A stretch of 64,000 nucleotides of DNA, taken from assembly GCA_963771165.1 (NCBI GenBank), contig CAVYSN010000022.1, positions 40,305-104,304 of the forward strand. Direction: 5' to 3'. The translations under genes were made by a program, and so were the position numbers. Shown here one piece after another: positions 62,399 through 64,000 of the stretch. This stretch comes from an uncultured bacterium. Lineage in GTDB: Bacteria > Acidobacteriota > HRBIN11 > JAKEFK01. The notes under the pieces are model-generated. The model worked only from the letters and a program-made list of their open reading frames with translations. It was not told the DNA's origin and ran no database searches. How positions within the stretch are numbered: the stretch's first letter is position 1; the number at the start of each line of letters is the position of its first letter.

Positions 62399-63067
62399 CT
62401 ACTGCAGTTTCTCCAGTTTCTCCTTCGCATCAGCTATCTTTTTCTTTGTGGCGGCGAGCTTATCATCAGGAGCGCCTGCTTCCAACTCCTTTCGATATTT
62501 AGCATCCCAAGCCTTAACGAGCTGTTCGAGCATCAATCTTTCGTCGTTGTTCGAAAGCTGCTTCGTGCCCTTCGAACGGTAATGAGACAACGCCTTTTTT
62601 GCCTTCGACAGTTCGATTTGGGTTTCTTGAGAAGGGCTAACCTGGTTCTTGTCATGCAAAGCTGAAATCCACGCATCAAACGCCTGTTCTGTCGGATCCG
62701 AAGAGGGGGGCTGGGAAGCCGTTTGGGCATTGCGGTTTTGTTTTGCTACGTCCGCCAAAGCTGAAGGCTCTGTTCCAGTCCTCTTGCTGGTAGCAGGACC
62801 CGGCCGATCCATGGTTCGGACGTCATCCTTCGACAGGTAATCGGCATTCAGTTGCTTCATGCGTTCGAGATCCAGCGTCTCTTTCTTGTACAGGAGTCTC
62901 GCCCCGCTACTGATGATCGTTACGGAGGTTTCATCTTCAGCGACCAGTTTACCTTCTATGATTTTTCCATTCTTCTTAACCACCACTTTGAACTCTGCAA
63001 AACAAAGAAGTGGAATAGCAAGAAGAAGAATCAGGATCAGTGAACGGGAAATGGTTCTATTTAACAT
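62399..63067 (-). CDS. Hypothetical secreted protein
   Basis: Signal peptide, K.G..IEG...ED N-terminal beta module, helical C-terminus. Confidence 0.7.
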   Translation of the reverse strand: MLNRTISRSLILILLLAIPLLCFAEFKVVVKKNGKIIEGKLVAEDETSVTIISSGARLLYKKETLDLERMKQLNADYLSKDDVRTMDRPGPATSKRTGTEPSALADVAKQNRNAQTASQPPSSDPTEQAFDAWISALHDKNQVSPSQETQIELSKAKKALSHYRSKGTKQLSNNDERLMLEQLVKAWDAKYRKELEAGAPDDKLAATKKKIADAKEKLEKLQ

Positions 63068-63085
63068 AAAACTAGCATAATTCTT

Positions 63086-63538
63086 CTAGCGTTTGACTGC
63101 AATTCCCATGACTTCGAACCTGGCGTTCCGTAACAGAGGTCCCGACCCGATAAAAGCTCGAGCGGGAAAATTCTTGGAAAAATAGGTCCGGTAAACGCCG
63201 TTAAATTGGTCGTATAGATCCAGATTTGGACAAAACACTTGAACGGAAACAAGGTCGTCCATACTCATCCCTGCAGCCTGCAAAGTCGCTTTCATTCCGT
63301 CCAAAATGAGTCGAATTTCCGCCTCGACATCTTCCGGGACCTTGCCCGTTGCCGGATTCACGCCAAGACGCCCGGCCAGATACAGTGTGTCTCCTGCCAG
63401 AACTCCGTCGCTGAACGGCAGCTGAGGATTCTTGTTCGGTAGATTGATAAAGCGGTTCATCCCGTCTTTCTGTGAATAGACGAACACACTGTTGGTAAGA
63501 ATAAGAAACAGAACCAGTATCCAATAAGACTTTTTCAT
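63086..63538 (-). CDS. RidA/YjgF family protein with N-terminal signal peptide
   Basis: PFS, LYLAG, FN.VY..YF...PAR, FEV.GIA; AGGAGG RBS before ATG 63538. Confidence 0.9.
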   Translation of the reverse strand: MKKSYWILVLFLILTNSVFVYSQKDGMNRFINLPNKNPQLPFSDGVLAGDTLYLAGRLGVNPATGKVPEDVEAEIRLILDGMKATLQAAGMSMDDLVSVQVFCPNLDLYDQFNGVYRTYFSKNFPARAFIGSGPLLRNARFEVMGIAVKR

Positions 63539-63624
63539 TCGCTCCTCCTGCTTTAGCATTCTACCGAAATTTCAAAAGTAATTGGACAACGCGATGAGCT
63601 TAGACGACCAGAATCATCACGCCA

Positions 63625-64000
63625 TCAATGTGTGACGAATGGAGGGCGTCGAATTTTCCTGGCGCAGGAAATGTCAAGATTCTTTACGGAGGCAGTCTGG
63701 ATATAGCCGGCAATAATATTTTCGATGCATCCCGTCATTCCATTAAAAGAATGGCTTGCTTCCTCTGCTGTGACCGGAAGAGAGTTAGGAAGAGTCAACG
63801 CGGCTTCCTGCGCAAGTCTTGGAGGCGTTACAGGATCCAACCCGCCGGAAATGAGCAGAATCGGGAGATCTGAACGAACCGGCTCGTGGTAGTTTTTTGG
63901 AATCTGACCGCGTGGCCAGACTTCGCATGCTTTTTCGATTGCACGAAACCAGGTTATTCCGTGGAAAGTGCCTGCTGTTTCTCTCTGCGCGGCTTCCCTT
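63625..64000 (-). CDS. Alpha/beta hydrolase, TAP-like C-terminal domain (5' end outside window)
   Basis: Open frame from window edge: C..WP...P.LLISG.LDPVTP...SH...C. Confidence 0.85.
   Translation of the reverse strand, partial: REAAQRETAGTFHGITWFRAIEKACEVWPRGQIPKNYHEPVRSDLPILLISGGLDPVTPPRLAQEAALTLPNSLPVTAEEASHSFNGMTGCIENIIAGYIQTASVKNLDISCARKIRRPPFVTH

Overview
Gene-dense bacterial chromosomal segment with about 59 CDS. An Acidobacteriota-like origin is inferred from gene content and style, not proven. Most of it is housekeeping or metabolic: ligA, rnr, uvrB-uvrC, pfkA, glgA, trxA, panE, ino1, fadH, and an acyl-CoA / methylmalonyl-CoA / ketone-body cluster. No rRNA, tRNA, CRISPR array or transposase was recognised. 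Main observations: (1) Two in-frame TGA codons in the same K-P-G-[TGA]-G context look like selenocysteine recoding missed by the ORF track. One is at the C-terminus of a CxxS thioredoxin-fold protein and is followed by a very fdhF-like SECIS hairpin. The other is in the UGC motif of a secreted DUF1573-type protein. (2) An eight-gene cluster of three zinc-ribbon proteins, an ECF sigma, a zinc-binding anti-sigma/TPR protein, a LEA lipoprotein, a vWA protein and a membrane coiled-coil protein. (3) A glycosyltransferase gene flanked by a 51-bp duplication of the upstream gene's 3' end. (4) Abundant GTAG-REP elements and periodic hairpin repeats. (5) Widespread leaderless-type promoters, including a 13-bp bidirectional one. 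(6) Nine +1 frameshifts between 21.8 and 35.7 kb that are most likely sequencing errors.
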